Shown here in pieces: positions 11,101-19,727 of a DNA stretch of 64,000 nucleotides. The translations under genes were made by a program, and so were the position numbers. The stretch lies in sequence record NC_009760.1. One strand, 5' to 3'. How positions within the stretch are numbered: the first letter of the stretch is position 1; every line of letters begins with the position of its first letter. The notes below the pieces were generated by a model. It saw only the letters and a list, made by a program, of their open reading frames with translations. It made no database searches and was not told the DNA's origin.

Positions 11101-11785
11101 TCCATGTTTACCTGCTCACTATGCAGAGCTATCGAAGTTACCTCCGGGTAAAACGATTCGCTTAAAAGCAATCATGGATGCGAAGTATCCTGATACAGCT
11201 TTAAAAGAGTGGGGCGTAATTGGACTTCACTACAGAGATGTAACGGGTCAAAACATTACAGCACTGTATGAAGAATACACAGCGCAGGATGGACAAACAA
11301 TATTCCATCTTGAGAATCCATACCCGGTGGGTAACCATGCATTGCAAGTATTCGTCAACGGTATCCGTCAATCCGAAGGTAAAGATTACAATGAGATTGA
11401 CCAGCATACAATTGAGTTCACAGAAGGACTGTATAATAACCCGGCTGGTATTGACCGTGTAACATTCGTTGTAGCGACAGGTGCTTATGATGTTCATGAT
11501 TCTACACTGGTAAGTCGCATCGAGAACATGGAGCGATTACATCAAGAAGAACTTGTGGATTATGAGAAGATACATGAGTACAATGAAGCAGGTCAGCTCA
11601 TTAAAACAAAGTACGAAGGTACGCTTGAGTATTATACAATTGAGTACACGTACTATGATAATGGGAAAGAACACTTCCGTATTGTCACAAAAGGAAATAC
11701 AATTAAGACAACGGAATACATCTATGACAAATTCAACAACATTGTCATGGAGAGAGTGAAAATTAGTGAGGTGACAAGTGCATGA
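8147..11785 (+). CDS. Large tail fibre/baseplate protein with 27-aa repeats and a PA14 domain
   Basis: Six YxKPxGGIPxxDL repeats; PA14-like segment (VYAPITGEYQF...LQVAGKLLFD...FLEGGKLYPI...LQWSTP); E..DAR..F.SL..R fibre motifs; GQT.F module; YD-like end. Confidence 0.72.
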   Translation: MVTRLNQTRVKGGDPQYENLQEELRARTFGGDYKIPIGGIPRSDLSDDVRTALQKGESAYMKPEGGIPNGDLDVNVRNSLTKASTSYQKPSLGIPLADLTEDLQKRLSDFSNFYVYPNGGIPLVDFDTQVKDLLSKAKTAYQKPADGISTKDLHKDVLDTLGKATTAYQKPEGGIPLTDIAVPLVQAGELEPMEEHMKDASKHITDHTKLLNVGKKTHDEIDTSIDNMQNDMILLQKEMSDARDTFVSLDGRFNASIGRNTSYEVKTYNDWRMGGFTGLQPTKEDLVVFNYPVETVMTSIHDISGQETLTADNKVGDLAFLSYSGFRPGSEWIAGYSTNVGVKVKAFVYAPITGEYQFSMQFTGRCRLQVAGKLLFDTRDTSTPIDAYTGKGSVFLEGGKLYPIVGEGWYKSTNTRVLTLQWSTPAMAGFTNIPLENMNMSGYTNKDGVYESHVIDLKDAQVNMWYLQTVMRDYLQEDDVTSEICTSDDGNVFSEWVATESNGEIRVPPKQYIKVRHTLHKRDGQYTPALISYSIRMISARNNEIIKELSDARATFDSLQKRLDNMAESIQTIAELYDNMDQSFIHPEQFASVRLLAIELNLLQTYVREARAKADFVPIVNGFVDPFKNDKGIDRSKSDAFNITANGLVQVETKMEMKTSNDWAQWDLDRLDFAKGELTLGANYDAYPVYESKLSNRKYDTSYDVDYGDGYKLAQAFYPKDESQFIKSFTFYGSMNGYSTNVSMTIYEDVNRGYSPGGNSIFYKSYVGGTETFILNHKIKPGAKYWVVFDLQSASSGTRFYCSNLANADPRLISDNPEKAMLKAWFRPFSGREVFEPVNACLNFEIVETIGYEPEGNGEKIIDHGRPLTYVKSEVTAADVNDGAVNVTYQSSDNKIDWSPETTKIEELPSSRYLKIKVNMKKSTKKYGTPRLQNITLYTLKKNAEIVSVPLEIERLPTHTILSASTSRDSAVTYAVSRDDGKTWLPCLPAHYAELSKLPPGKTIRLKAIMDAKYPDTALKEWGVIGLHYRDVTGQNITALYEEYTAQDGQTIFHLENPYPVGNHALQVFVNGIRQSEGKDYNEIDQHTIEFTEGLYNNPAGIDRVTFVVATGAYDVHDSTLVSRIENMERLHQEELVDYEKIHEYNEAGQLIKTKYEGTLEYYTIEYTYYDNGKEHFRIVTKGNTIKTTEYIYDKFNNIVMERVKISEVTSA
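8243..8686 (+). repeat. Six tandem 81-bp (27-aa) coding repeats
   Basis: Units start at 8243, 8324, 8405, 8486, 8567 and 8648, each beginning Y-x-x-P-x-x-G-I. Confidence 0.9.
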
Positions 11786-14592
11786 CGCAACGTGCGAATC
11801 TACACCAATTACAACGTACAAGCATCGGACACCCGACCTTCTATGAACAATACACACAGTTAGAAAAGAACTCGGCTCATCAACGTGAGCCGGTTCGTTA
11901 TGCTGGTGACTTACCTATGACGGGTAACCGTGATGGGAGTCAGTGTCTTGTACTGGATGAAGGTACGGTGTACTACTGGAATGATGGATTACAAAAGTGG
12001 CAATCTGTATTAGGGAAAGCATACGAGGTATCTAGTAATATGCGACGCTTCAAGCGTAAGTATACTGCCGAAGAAGGACAGACAGTCTTCCACTTAGACT
12101 TTATTTATGAAGTCGGTGCAGATGCTTTAGATGTTTATGTACAGGGGATGTTGCAAGATGTTAACCAAGATTATGAAGAGACTGATGACAGAACGATCAC
12201 GTTCCGTAACCCGCTTCCAAAAGATATTATCGTCACTGTCGCAACACCGATGGTAATTGAAGGTACATACGGTGTACGTGAAATCGAGAAGCGCTTAAAA
12301 GAACTGGAACACAATAACTATCAAATGATTATGTCCCAGTATTATAGCGGTAAGCCTGTAGAAGTTCGCGGCATACTATTCGACGGCTTCCTTGATACAA
12401 AATACATTGACTTTATGATGACATCATTAAACATGAAGTATGATAACATCTTAAAGACAATGCGGCTCGACGGAGAATCTATTGTGATGTTATATGAAAC
12501 ATTCGATAACAATACGCTCATAGATCCAACGTCAGAAGTATTACTAAAGAACTCGGAGATTACCTTGCCGATTGAAGCGGTCTACAAGGAAGTATTCAAA
12601 GATGACTTCTCAACTCGTCGTTATATCAATGAAGAAATGACAAATGCCTACCACGACCTTGAGAAACAATTGATTACAACAGTCGATACATTTGCAGGGG
12701 CGAACCATTACTATAAAGGTGACTTTATGGGTACGACAGGGAAGGCTGACCAAGTAGGATTTAACAGCACTCAATCTGTAAACAGAGTTTACTATCAATC
12801 TACTGCATACGATTTCACAAACCAAAGTACTAGAAGTACATCCCCTTACAATGTGTTCAGTGTTATTCCGACGCAGTATTATATATGGGGTGCTAGTGAT
12901 GAACATATCTATGGTAAAACGAAGTTTCCTTATGATACTAATTACTATTTACAAGGAGCAGAGAGCTACCGAAATGCAATCGTTCATCCCTTTGCAGGCT
13001 CGCCAGCTACGTACGAATATCGTTCATTACCTCTTGCATCTGATTTTGATGGAGGGAAATATAAGTACATGATGGTATATGTAAAAAGCGCTGATGCGAT
13101 TTATGCACTGTACCAATACGCCGAAGGGTCAGATAAATATTATCAAAAATTGATTACTAGTAAGATGAGAAATTCGTATGCCATCAATGACATGGTTAAT
13201 GCGGGAATACCAGCGAATCGACCACCGAATATATTTGGTTCCGATACAACAAATTTCACACAGTCAACTGATTACATCTATCAAATTGCTGCAACAGAAA
13301 AAGAAGTTTTACTTCGTACAAAAGACAAGGTACATTTCCTTGACGTTGCAACCAATAAGATTGTAAAGACATTAGACTGGTCTACATCTGATGTAAGACC
13401 TGCTATTTTCAATAGGGGTTCTCAACAGTTTGCGGCTGACGCTAGATACTTATATTTCCCGTCTTCTTATACCATCAATAGTGTAACTGGATATTACATT
13501 GAAGTGTTTGATATTAACACAGGTGCGTTTGTGAATCGCATCTTAGTATCACAAGCGAATCAAACGTATCTTACGACAGCTATGCATTTTGATTTCCATA
13601 CCTCCCGCTTGATACTAGGTCAGAATCAATCTGGTAAATATGGTTTAATGGGAAAAGAAGTAAATAGCTATACGGTGAGTACCAGCTATTTATCATTCGT
13701 TATATTCGATACGCCAAACGTAAACGAACGTATCGTTCAATCGAAACCAATCACAACGAATCTACCTGTTATTAACTATCGTCTGCGAGCTACACAAACA
13801 TTGAATGATGGATTGATAACATACTATATTCGTATTGGCGGAGGCGCATGGATTAAGATTGATAAGGACAAAGAGAACACTTATGTGAATCCGAATGGTG
13901 CGAAGGAAACAACGTTAGAACTGCGTGCGGTATTACGTACCACAAGTCAATCTACAACGTCGCCGATCTTAACGGACTGGACATTAGAAGTGATGCCTTT
14001 TAAAACAACTGGTATCTACAAATCTATCACAAAGCAAATGTCACTCAAGGATGGTACTGGCGGACGGTTAATCACAACAGAATCTATTCCTGTTACATCT
14101 TCCCTGCAATGGTCACTACAAGTGCAGAAGGATATGCCGGAGATTACATTCTCATCTAGTAAGGAGTTCACGATACCTGATAATGTATTTGAAGGTGATG
14201 TAACACTCTTTGCGAGACTCGGTACAAACAATGTACTGATGTCACCAGTCGTTCAAGATGCACAGATCCAACTATATAAAGTAAATGCTGGTATACTTGA
14301 GTCAACCATCTTCGAACAAACGGATGACGTAAAGAATGTTACGATGTGGGTAACGTCCGGTTCATCTAATGACTACTACAAAGCACATCTATCTCGTGAC
14401 GGAGGTAAGACATGGGAGCTTGGTAAGCGTGTGAATGCCGTAAAAGGAAACGACGGCAACGTAGAAACAGAGTGGAAGTTTGATATGAAGACAGATACAT
14501 CCGAAAAGCGTAAAATAAAAATTAAATTAGAGATGAACGGCGTAACAGAGATTCACCAGTACGGTGCTGTTATTAGTCCATCGAAGGAGTGA
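11782..14592 (+). CDS. Tail fibre / receptor-binding-like protein
   Basis: GQT.F module, repeated FxDxF..ID motifs, aromatic-rich beta-propeller-like core, SRDGGKTW near the C-terminus. Confidence 0.6.
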   Translation: MTQRANLHQLQRTSIGHPTFYEQYTQLEKNSAHQREPVRYAGDLPMTGNRDGSQCLVLDEGTVYYWNDGLQKWQSVLGKAYEVSSNMRRFKRKYTAEEGQTVFHLDFIYEVGADALDVYVQGMLQDVNQDYEETDDRTITFRNPLPKDIIVTVATPMVIEGTYGVREIEKRLKELEHNNYQMIMSQYYSGKPVEVRGILFDGFLDTKYIDFMMTSLNMKYDNILKTMRLDGESIVMLYETFDNNTLIDPTSEVLLKNSEITLPIEAVYKEVFKDDFSTRRYINEEMTNAYHDLEKQLITTVDTFAGANHYYKGDFMGTTGKADQVGFNSTQSVNRVYYQSTAYDFTNQSTRSTSPYNVFSVIPTQYYIWGASDEHIYGKTKFPYDTNYYLQGAESYRNAIVHPFAGSPATYEYRSLPLASDFDGGKYKYMMVYVKSADAIYALYQYAEGSDKYYQKLITSKMRNSYAINDMVNAGIPANRPPNIFGSDTTNFTQSTDYIYQIAATEKEVLLRTKDKVHFLDVATNKIVKTLDWSTSDVRPAIFNRGSQQFAADARYLYFPSSYTINSVTGYYIEVFDINTGAFVNRILVSQANQTYLTTAMHFDFHTSRLILGQNQSGKYGLMGKEVNSYTVSTSYLSFVIFDTPNVNERIVQSKPITTNLPVINYRLRATQTLNDGLITYYIRIGGGAWIKIDKDKENTYVNPNGAKETTLELRAVLRTTSQSTTSPILTDWTLEVMPFKTTGIYKSITKQMSLKDGTGGRLITTESIPVTSSLQWSLQVQKDMPEITFSSSKEFTIPDNVFEGDVTLFARLGTNNVLMSPVVQDAQIQLYKVNAGILESTIFEQTDDVKNVTMWVTSGSSNDYYKAHLSRDGGKTWELGKRVNAVKGNDGNVETEWKFDMKTDTSEKRKIKIKLEMNGVTEIHQYGAVISPSKE

Positions 14593-14596
14593 TCGC

Positions 14597-15211
14597 ATGA
14601 AGCAACTTCACCCTGAACAGTTGCCGACAGAAATCATTGAGTTACTACAAACACTCAATGGTAAAATCGACAGCTTACAAACTGAACTAAAGGAGCTGAA
14701 AGACCTTATGGCAATTTCAGAAGCGAGTTTCAATTTACTACAGAACAAGGTAGAAACATTAGAGGGTCAGATCGTTGAGATAAACGAATCTGTATTCGAA
14801 CTAGAGAAGAAATTCACAAAAGACTTCACAGACTTCCATGATTCAACAACAGAAACAATGACTGCTTTACTGAGTCGCATTGTTGCAATGGAAAAAACAC
14901 ATCTTGAATTAGCGAAGAAAGAACTTGTAATTGGATTAAGTGGTGCAGAATTAATGGCGCTACAAATTAAACTACCTACAACAGATGAGTTCGGTTGTGC
15001 GATTACATGGAAATCTGATAAACCACAATACATTACAGATGCAGGTGCTATCACAAGACCTACTCACGAGGAGGGTACGCAATCTGTTACAATGACTGCA
15101 ACACTTGCTTACGGTGGTTCAACAGATACGAAATCATTTGTACTAGAAGTAATTGCATTACCTGCTCCGGAACCTGAGCCTGAACCGGAAACAGAAACAC
15201 CACAAAGTTAA
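14597..15211 (+). CDS. Coiled-coil protein with C-terminal bacterial Ig-like domain and PE-rich tail
   Basis: ATG 14597 after RBS AAGGAG; heptads; LPTTDEFGCAITWKSD...ITRP...VTMTATL...KSFVLEV Ig-like pattern; PAPEPEPEPETETP. Confidence 0.65.
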   Translation: MKQLHPEQLPTEIIELLQTLNGKIDSLQTELKELKDLMAISEASFNLLQNKVETLEGQIVEINESVFELEKKFTKDFTDFHDSTTETMTALLSRIVAMEKTHLELAKKELVIGLSGAELMALQIKLPTTDEFGCAITWKSDKPQYITDAGAITRPTHEEGTQSVTMTATLAYGGSTDTKSFVLEVIALPAPEPEPEPETETPQS

Positions 15212-15230
15212 GGCATCTCAATTCTGAGAA

Positions 15231-15239
15231 TGCTATAAT
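15231..15239 (+). promoter_or_regulatory. Extended -10 promoter (TGcTATAAT)
   Basis: Perfect TGnTATAAT in an intergenic gap; no recognisable -35. Confidence 0.55.
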
Positions 15240-15240
15240 A

Positions 15241-15274
15241 AAGACGAACGTGAACCATGCGTTCGTCTTCTTTG
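15241..15274 (+). terminator. Intrinsic terminator-like hairpin
   Basis: AAGACGAACG-9nt-CGTTCGTCTT perfect 10-bp stem followed by CTTTG. Confidence 0.65.
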
Positions 15275-15289
15275 TAAAGGAGGAAAATC

Positions 15290-15673
15290 ATGCGTACCCA
15301 GTTAAACGATTGGCAAATACGAGCAAGGGAGAATGAAAACGAAATGAAGTACGTTCACATTCCGTATCAAACAGTTGCGCATAGTCCGGCGGAGATTGTA
15401 ACGTATCCAGTTCCATTCCCTGCCGACATCAAGGGTATCAACATCAAGACCATTCGCATTGTATCAGAAGAGTCCCTGAACTTCGTTGTGAGCTTGATGG
15501 ATGGAAACACCAATGATGTGATTTACGAAAGTCTAGATGAGTTAGGAATGCAATACGACCAAGTAGACATTCCGTACAAACCGGCGGAACAGAAACTATT
15601 TGTTCGCATACATAACAAAGGGAGCGTCGCTACACGCTTTACAATCGACGTTCGAGGATTAGAGGTGAAGTAG
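15290..15673 (+). CDS. Hypothetical small beta-rich virion-associated protein
   Basis: RBS AAGGAGG; 127-aa ORF in the structural module. Confidence 0.6.
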   Translation: MRTQLNDWQIRARENENEMKYVHIPYQTVAHSPAEIVTYPVPFPADIKGINIKTIRIVSEESLNFVVSLMDGNTNDVIYESLDELGMQYDQVDIPYKPAEQKLFVRIHNKGSVATRFTIDVRGLEVK

Positions 15674-15674
15674 G

Positions 15675-16556
15675 ATGGCAATGTACAAAGGAAAGGTCAA
15701 GAAGTCAGACCTAGTTGGATTGCTCGTTGATAAATTAACAACTGCGCCAGTAGGTTCCGGTGAAGCATACTGGAAAGCAGTGCAGTCCGGAAAGGTCGAT
15801 ACAGAAGGCTATGTTCTTTTCTCAAAAGGGAAAAGCGGGAAGGATAAAATCTTTATTCGTATTAAAGACGATATGACGAATGGTCGTATCTTCATGAGTA
15901 TGATGGAAGATTACCAGCCTAATAATGTAGTAGGTTTAGCGGGTACGGCAATTAATGAATCGTATCAACAACACGTTTCTTATTACAACTCAACATACGC
16001 ATCAACGATGCCTGTTATCTATCTCTTAAACTTTGACCGAGATAAAATCATGCTTGTGTTACGAGGCGATCCGGGATACTCTACTAGTTTTCCGGGGTAT
16101 GTACTTGCGTGGATTGGAATGCCGGAGCGATTAAGTAATGAGCCTGATTCAACTGCGGTATCATTTGCGGTCAGTCGATATGGGTATCAATTAACTGCTG
16201 CTGGTTCATCTGCTGGTGGTGCTTATGCTACGCTAAAATCACTACGTAATCGTAGAAGATTAACACAGCAAAACTACAGTATGACTTACGTAGCTAATCC
16301 AAGAACAAAAGGTGCAGGAGGAATCATCTCTACATCTCCTATTTACTTACGAGATGGACAGGAAGGCGGACGCAGTAAGCTTGCTGGTGTTCTTCCTATC
16401 TTCCAAAGTACAACATTACCTGACTTTAAGAATGGTGATGAGATTACGATTGATTCCAAACGATATGTCATTTATGAGGTAGGACAAATCAGTGGCGCAA
16501 GTTCCGATGTAAACTGCTTCCCTTCTCCATACATGGCAATCGAATACTTAACGTAA
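15675..16556 (+). CDS. Virion structural protein, paralog 1 of 3
   Basis: Shares MAxYxG start, DK/DR-I-x-L-x-V/L-x-G, G(M/L)P and GD-I-x-x-D motifs with the next two genes. Confidence 0.65.
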   Translation: MAMYKGKVKKSDLVGLLVDKLTTAPVGSGEAYWKAVQSGKVDTEGYVLFSKGKSGKDKIFIRIKDDMTNGRIFMSMMEDYQPNNVVGLAGTAINESYQQHVSYYNSTYASTMPVIYLLNFDRDKIMLVLRGDPGYSTSFPGYVLAWIGMPERLSNEPDSTAVSFAVSRYGYQLTAAGSSAGGAYATLKSLRNRRRLTQQNYSMTYVANPRTKGAGGIISTSPIYLRDGQEGGRSKLAGVLPIFQSTTLPDFKNGDEITIDSKRYVIYEVGQISGASSDVNCFPSPYMAIEYLT

Positions 16557-16568
16557 GGAGGGATTCTC

Positions 16569-17381
16569 ATGGCGATCTATAAAGGAACCATTAAGGCAGA
16601 CCAGTTCTATAATAAAATCTGCGAACTGCTCATTGCCGAAGGATACCAAGATGTAACCATCAATCAATCGAATGAAGGTCGAGTGTTTTATACACAAGGC
16701 GTGAGTGGGAAAGATACCTTCTATATCCAACTGTATAAAGCATACTTAGGTTCGATTAACATTGGTGTGTACGAAGGATATAATAACGACGGCACAGGTA
16801 AAGGCGCATTCCAAAACGGAAACCAATATGTATACATCAACTGGATGAACGATATATCAACAACTGAGTCTACTTATTCTGTTAAGTACGTTATCAATGT
16901 AAACAAAGATAGACTACTTATCTACGTAGAAGGTCTATATGTCAACTCAAACAAAATGGTTTCACTTACTTATGCAGGTCTTCCAAAGCGTTATGATCCA
17001 AAAGACCTAAGTGGGTATGCTGCATTTGTAACAGGAACATCTGTTGTAAAGACTGCCGTATCTCATCAAACAAGAATGCTTCGTGACCGTTCTCTTGCAA
17101 AGAATGTTGAGTATCTAGCAACAGCGATGGACTTAGGCGCACAACCCGGATGGACAAATAAATTGTTCCGTAGTCCTATCTATCTATATCATCGTACGAA
17201 TGGTGCGTTTGAAGGATTACGAGGAGAACTAGAAGGTATCTTCTACATTCCAAAAAACGATACAGTCAATGGTGACATCGTAACGGAAGACGGAAAACAA
17301 TATATGCTTGTTAGACCAACATATAATAGTACAACGACTGGCGTGCTATACGGGCAATGGTTCTACGCTATTGAAATATAA
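16569..17381 (+). CDS. Virion structural protein, paralog 2 of 3
   Basis: Same motif set; GLRGELEGI shared with paralog 3. Confidence 0.65.
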   Translation: MAIYKGTIKADQFYNKICELLIAEGYQDVTINQSNEGRVFYTQGVSGKDTFYIQLYKAYLGSINIGVYEGYNNDGTGKGAFQNGNQYVYINWMNDISTTESTYSVKYVINVNKDRLLIYVEGLYVNSNKMVSLTYAGLPKRYDPKDLSGYAAFVTGTSVVKTAVSHQTRMLRDRSLAKNVEYLATAMDLGAQPGWTNKLFRSPIYLYHRTNGAFEGLRGELEGIFYIPKNDTVNGDIVTEDGKQYMLVRPTYNSTTTGVLYGQWFYAIEI

Positions 17382-17395
17382 AGGAGGAATTATAG

Positions 17396-18199
17396 ATGGC
17401 ATATCATACTGGTACAGTACAAGCGAAAGACTTGCTTGCTACAATCATCAATAAAGTAACAATGGTTCAGCCGGGCGAAACTGATGCTTGGTGGAAGAAA
17501 GAATCATCTGTAGAAGCAGATGGTGTATACACATCAACAGGTTCAACAGGAAAAGAACGTATCGTAATCATGCTTCGTCCCGGTACAGATGGACAAACAA
17601 TTATCGTCGGTACAGCAAAAGATTATACACCGGGTGCAGCAAATGTTGCAGGTGCGTTTATCTCATCTAGTCTATTCTCGATGCAATATTATTCAGCAAC
17701 GCAAGACCCTGCTGTTCTTGTAAGCTATGATTTAAGTGTAACGAAAGACCGCATTATCCTACATGTACAAGGTGATAAACTAATCAATGGATGGTATAAC
17801 CCTGTTGCCTTTCTTGGTATGCCAGTTCGCTACGACATCAACGATAAGAATTGTATTGTTCGTGCAACAAACGAGAACGTTCCATCTGCTGAAAGCGTTG
17901 GACTTATGGTTGTAGAAAATAGTGTAGGAAATGTATGGTCGAAATACACATGGAAATACGTAGACTCACCAAGCAATCCATCATGGGGTAATACTTACTT
18001 CCTTGAGACATTCCACTTTAGTTTTCCGGGTGAAGGTCTTCGTGGAGAACTAGAAGGCATCTACGGATTACCATCAGATAATGTTAGTGACGGTGATATT
18101 ATAGATGTAGATGGTACGCAGTTTAAAATCATCAAGCGTACGAATACAGCTCAATATAACGGATTCCCACGAGATACACTTGCAATGAAAATGAAGTAG
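17396..18199 (+). CDS. Virion structural protein, paralog 3 of 3
   Basis: Same motif set; RBS AAGGAGG. Confidence 0.65.
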   Translation: MAYHTGTVQAKDLLATIINKVTMVQPGETDAWWKKESSVEADGVYTSTGSTGKERIVIMLRPGTDGQTIIVGTAKDYTPGAANVAGAFISSSLFSMQYYSATQDPAVLVSYDLSVTKDRIILHVQGDKLINGWYNPVAFLGMPVRYDINDKNCIVRATNENVPSAESVGLMVVENSVGNVWSKYTWKYVDSPSNPSWGNTYFLETFHFSFPGEGLRGELEGIYGLPSDNVSDGDIIDVDGTQFKIIKRTNTAQYNGFPRDTLAMKMK

Positions 18200-18212
18200 G
18201 GAGGGATAGATC

Positions 18213-18557
18213 ATGGCTGATGTAAAACATGGACGTATCCTTCGACCTATTACAAAAGGTGCAAGACAGATAACAGCCGTTATGACCTCTGTAGAATCTC
18301 GTTCTGTCGCGAACTTGATACCGACAGATATATCAGATGCTACACGTAAATATAAAGTTGTGAATCCATTGAAAGCCGGTATCAGACCATCACAAGGACT
18401 GGTAATGGAGTCACCGGAAGCACGCATACTAGCAGAACAAGTACCGGTGATTTACACAGGTAGAGGAGCAATGCCTCTGACAATGAATGACCAACCAACA
18501 ACAGAACGAAAACCGATTCGTCGCTGGCCTCGTGACTGGCACGGTGAAAACATGTAG
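18213..18557 (+). CDS. Hypothetical protein
   Basis: RBS GGAGGG; 114-aa ORF closing the sub-operon. Confidence 0.55.
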   Translation: MADVKHGRILRPITKGARQITAVMTSVESRSVANLIPTDISDATRKYKVVNPLKAGIRPSQGLVMESPEARILAEQVPVIYTGRGAMPLTMNDQPTTERKPIRRWPRDWHGENM

Positions 18558-18582
18558 CAGAGGTCTATCCTCTGCTCTTTTT
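18556..18582 (+). terminator. Intrinsic terminator
   Basis: AGCAGAGG-TCTAT-CCTCTGCT 8-bp stem followed by CTTTTT. Confidence 0.75.
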
Positions 18583-18596
18583 ATAGGAGGGATATT

Positions 18597-19715
18597 ATGC
18601 AATCACGTTTTGCAGAAATAACAGAAGTCATGCAGAAAGAATTACCAAGATGGTTTAAGATGCGTAAGGATAAGAATAGTATGGGTGCGCAGTTCCTTAA
18701 CGTATTCGGCTTACAATTCGATGACATTAAGTTCATGCTTCAATATGCATTAGACAATCAGTTCATCGGTACGGCTGATGTACATCAAATCGACATCATC
18801 TATAAAGCCAACATACCAGCTACGTTAACGGAAGAAGATACGTTCATCTTAATTGGCGGGAATACAAAGTTACAAACCTGCAACAGCTTAAAAGAGTTCT
18901 TCGAGGGAATCGACACACGTTTCTTAGAACGTAAAGAAATCTATTACCCAAATCCATATTACATCGACTGGGTGCAGCACATCGTTTATTTCAAACGTGC
19001 GTATGATCCAACGGAATCTTATCCGGAAGGAAGAGTCACACTGCGATTACTAGATGATGAATTTAAGACAATTGCAGAACACGAACTACCACAACACATT
19101 CATCATGTGCATAACTTCTTTGATGAGTTTGGGTTGCTACTAGATACAGCACGATTATATGGCGAGAAGAACCGTGAATACAAAGAACGATTACTTGATG
19201 TATTCCGTCACCCTGCTAACTCTACAAAGACTGGTTTAGAGTTTCACTTGGCTCGTGAGTTAGGATTATGGAAAGAAGTAAAGTGGTATGACGGCGGTGC
19301 AGAACTGGTATTAAACCAAAGTAATATCTTACCGCATAGCATTGAGGTCGATGGAATCAAGTGGGGAGAATCTATGATTAAATACGACCATAGCGGACGA
19401 GTGGTACTGAGCGCAGATGAAGAGTTCCGAAACATCTCACGAACAGTTCGATTTATCTCCGGACTCAAGATGCACACCTTCCACGATAAGCGTGACTACG
19501 CCTTTCAGCGAGAGTTGTATGACATTGATGGTACGCCGACGACCATGCTACAATACTATGTAGATGTCATAACAAATAAGATTCCGATTCTATGGAATCA
19601 CTTTGTATGGAACGAATCATTTTGGAATGTAGCTGACACAGAAATGAGTGGGTACGGAGCAATCCCTACATTTAACGATGCTCGCTTCTTAAATTGGCAG
19701 AAATATAAGGGGTAG
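18597..19715 (+). CDS. Baseplate wedge / tail protein (P2 gpI-like pattern)
   Basis: FDEFGLLLDTARLYGEKNREYKERLL...PANSTKTGL resembles the wedge motif DxxG...RL.GE...YR.RL. Confidence 0.55.
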   Translation: MQSRFAEITEVMQKELPRWFKMRKDKNSMGAQFLNVFGLQFDDIKFMLQYALDNQFIGTADVHQIDIIYKANIPATLTEEDTFILIGGNTKLQTCNSLKEFFEGIDTRFLERKEIYYPNPYYIDWVQHIVYFKRAYDPTESYPEGRVTLRLLDDEFKTIAEHELPQHIHHVHNFFDEFGLLLDTARLYGEKNREYKERLLDVFRHPANSTKTGLEFHLARELGLWKEVKWYDGGAELVLNQSNILPHSIEVDGIKWGESMIKYDHSGRVVLSADEEFRNISRTVRFISGLKMHTFHDKRDYAFQRELYDIDGTPTTMLQYYVDVITNKIPILWNHFVWNESFWNVADTEMSGYGAIPTFNDARFLNWQKYKG

Positions 19716-19727
19716 GAGGAAACAAGC

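Noticed and set aside
15245-15265. LexA/DinR SOS box (CGAAC...GTTCG)
   Set aside because: The spacer is 11 nt, not the 4 nt of the Bacillus box; the symmetry belongs to the terminator stem
17223-18057. 14-bp exact repeat GGAGAACTAGAAGG as a DGR template/variable repeat
   Set aside because: Explained by conserved GELEG codons in paralogs; no long TR/VR pair with adenine-specific mismatches and no reverse transcriptase seen
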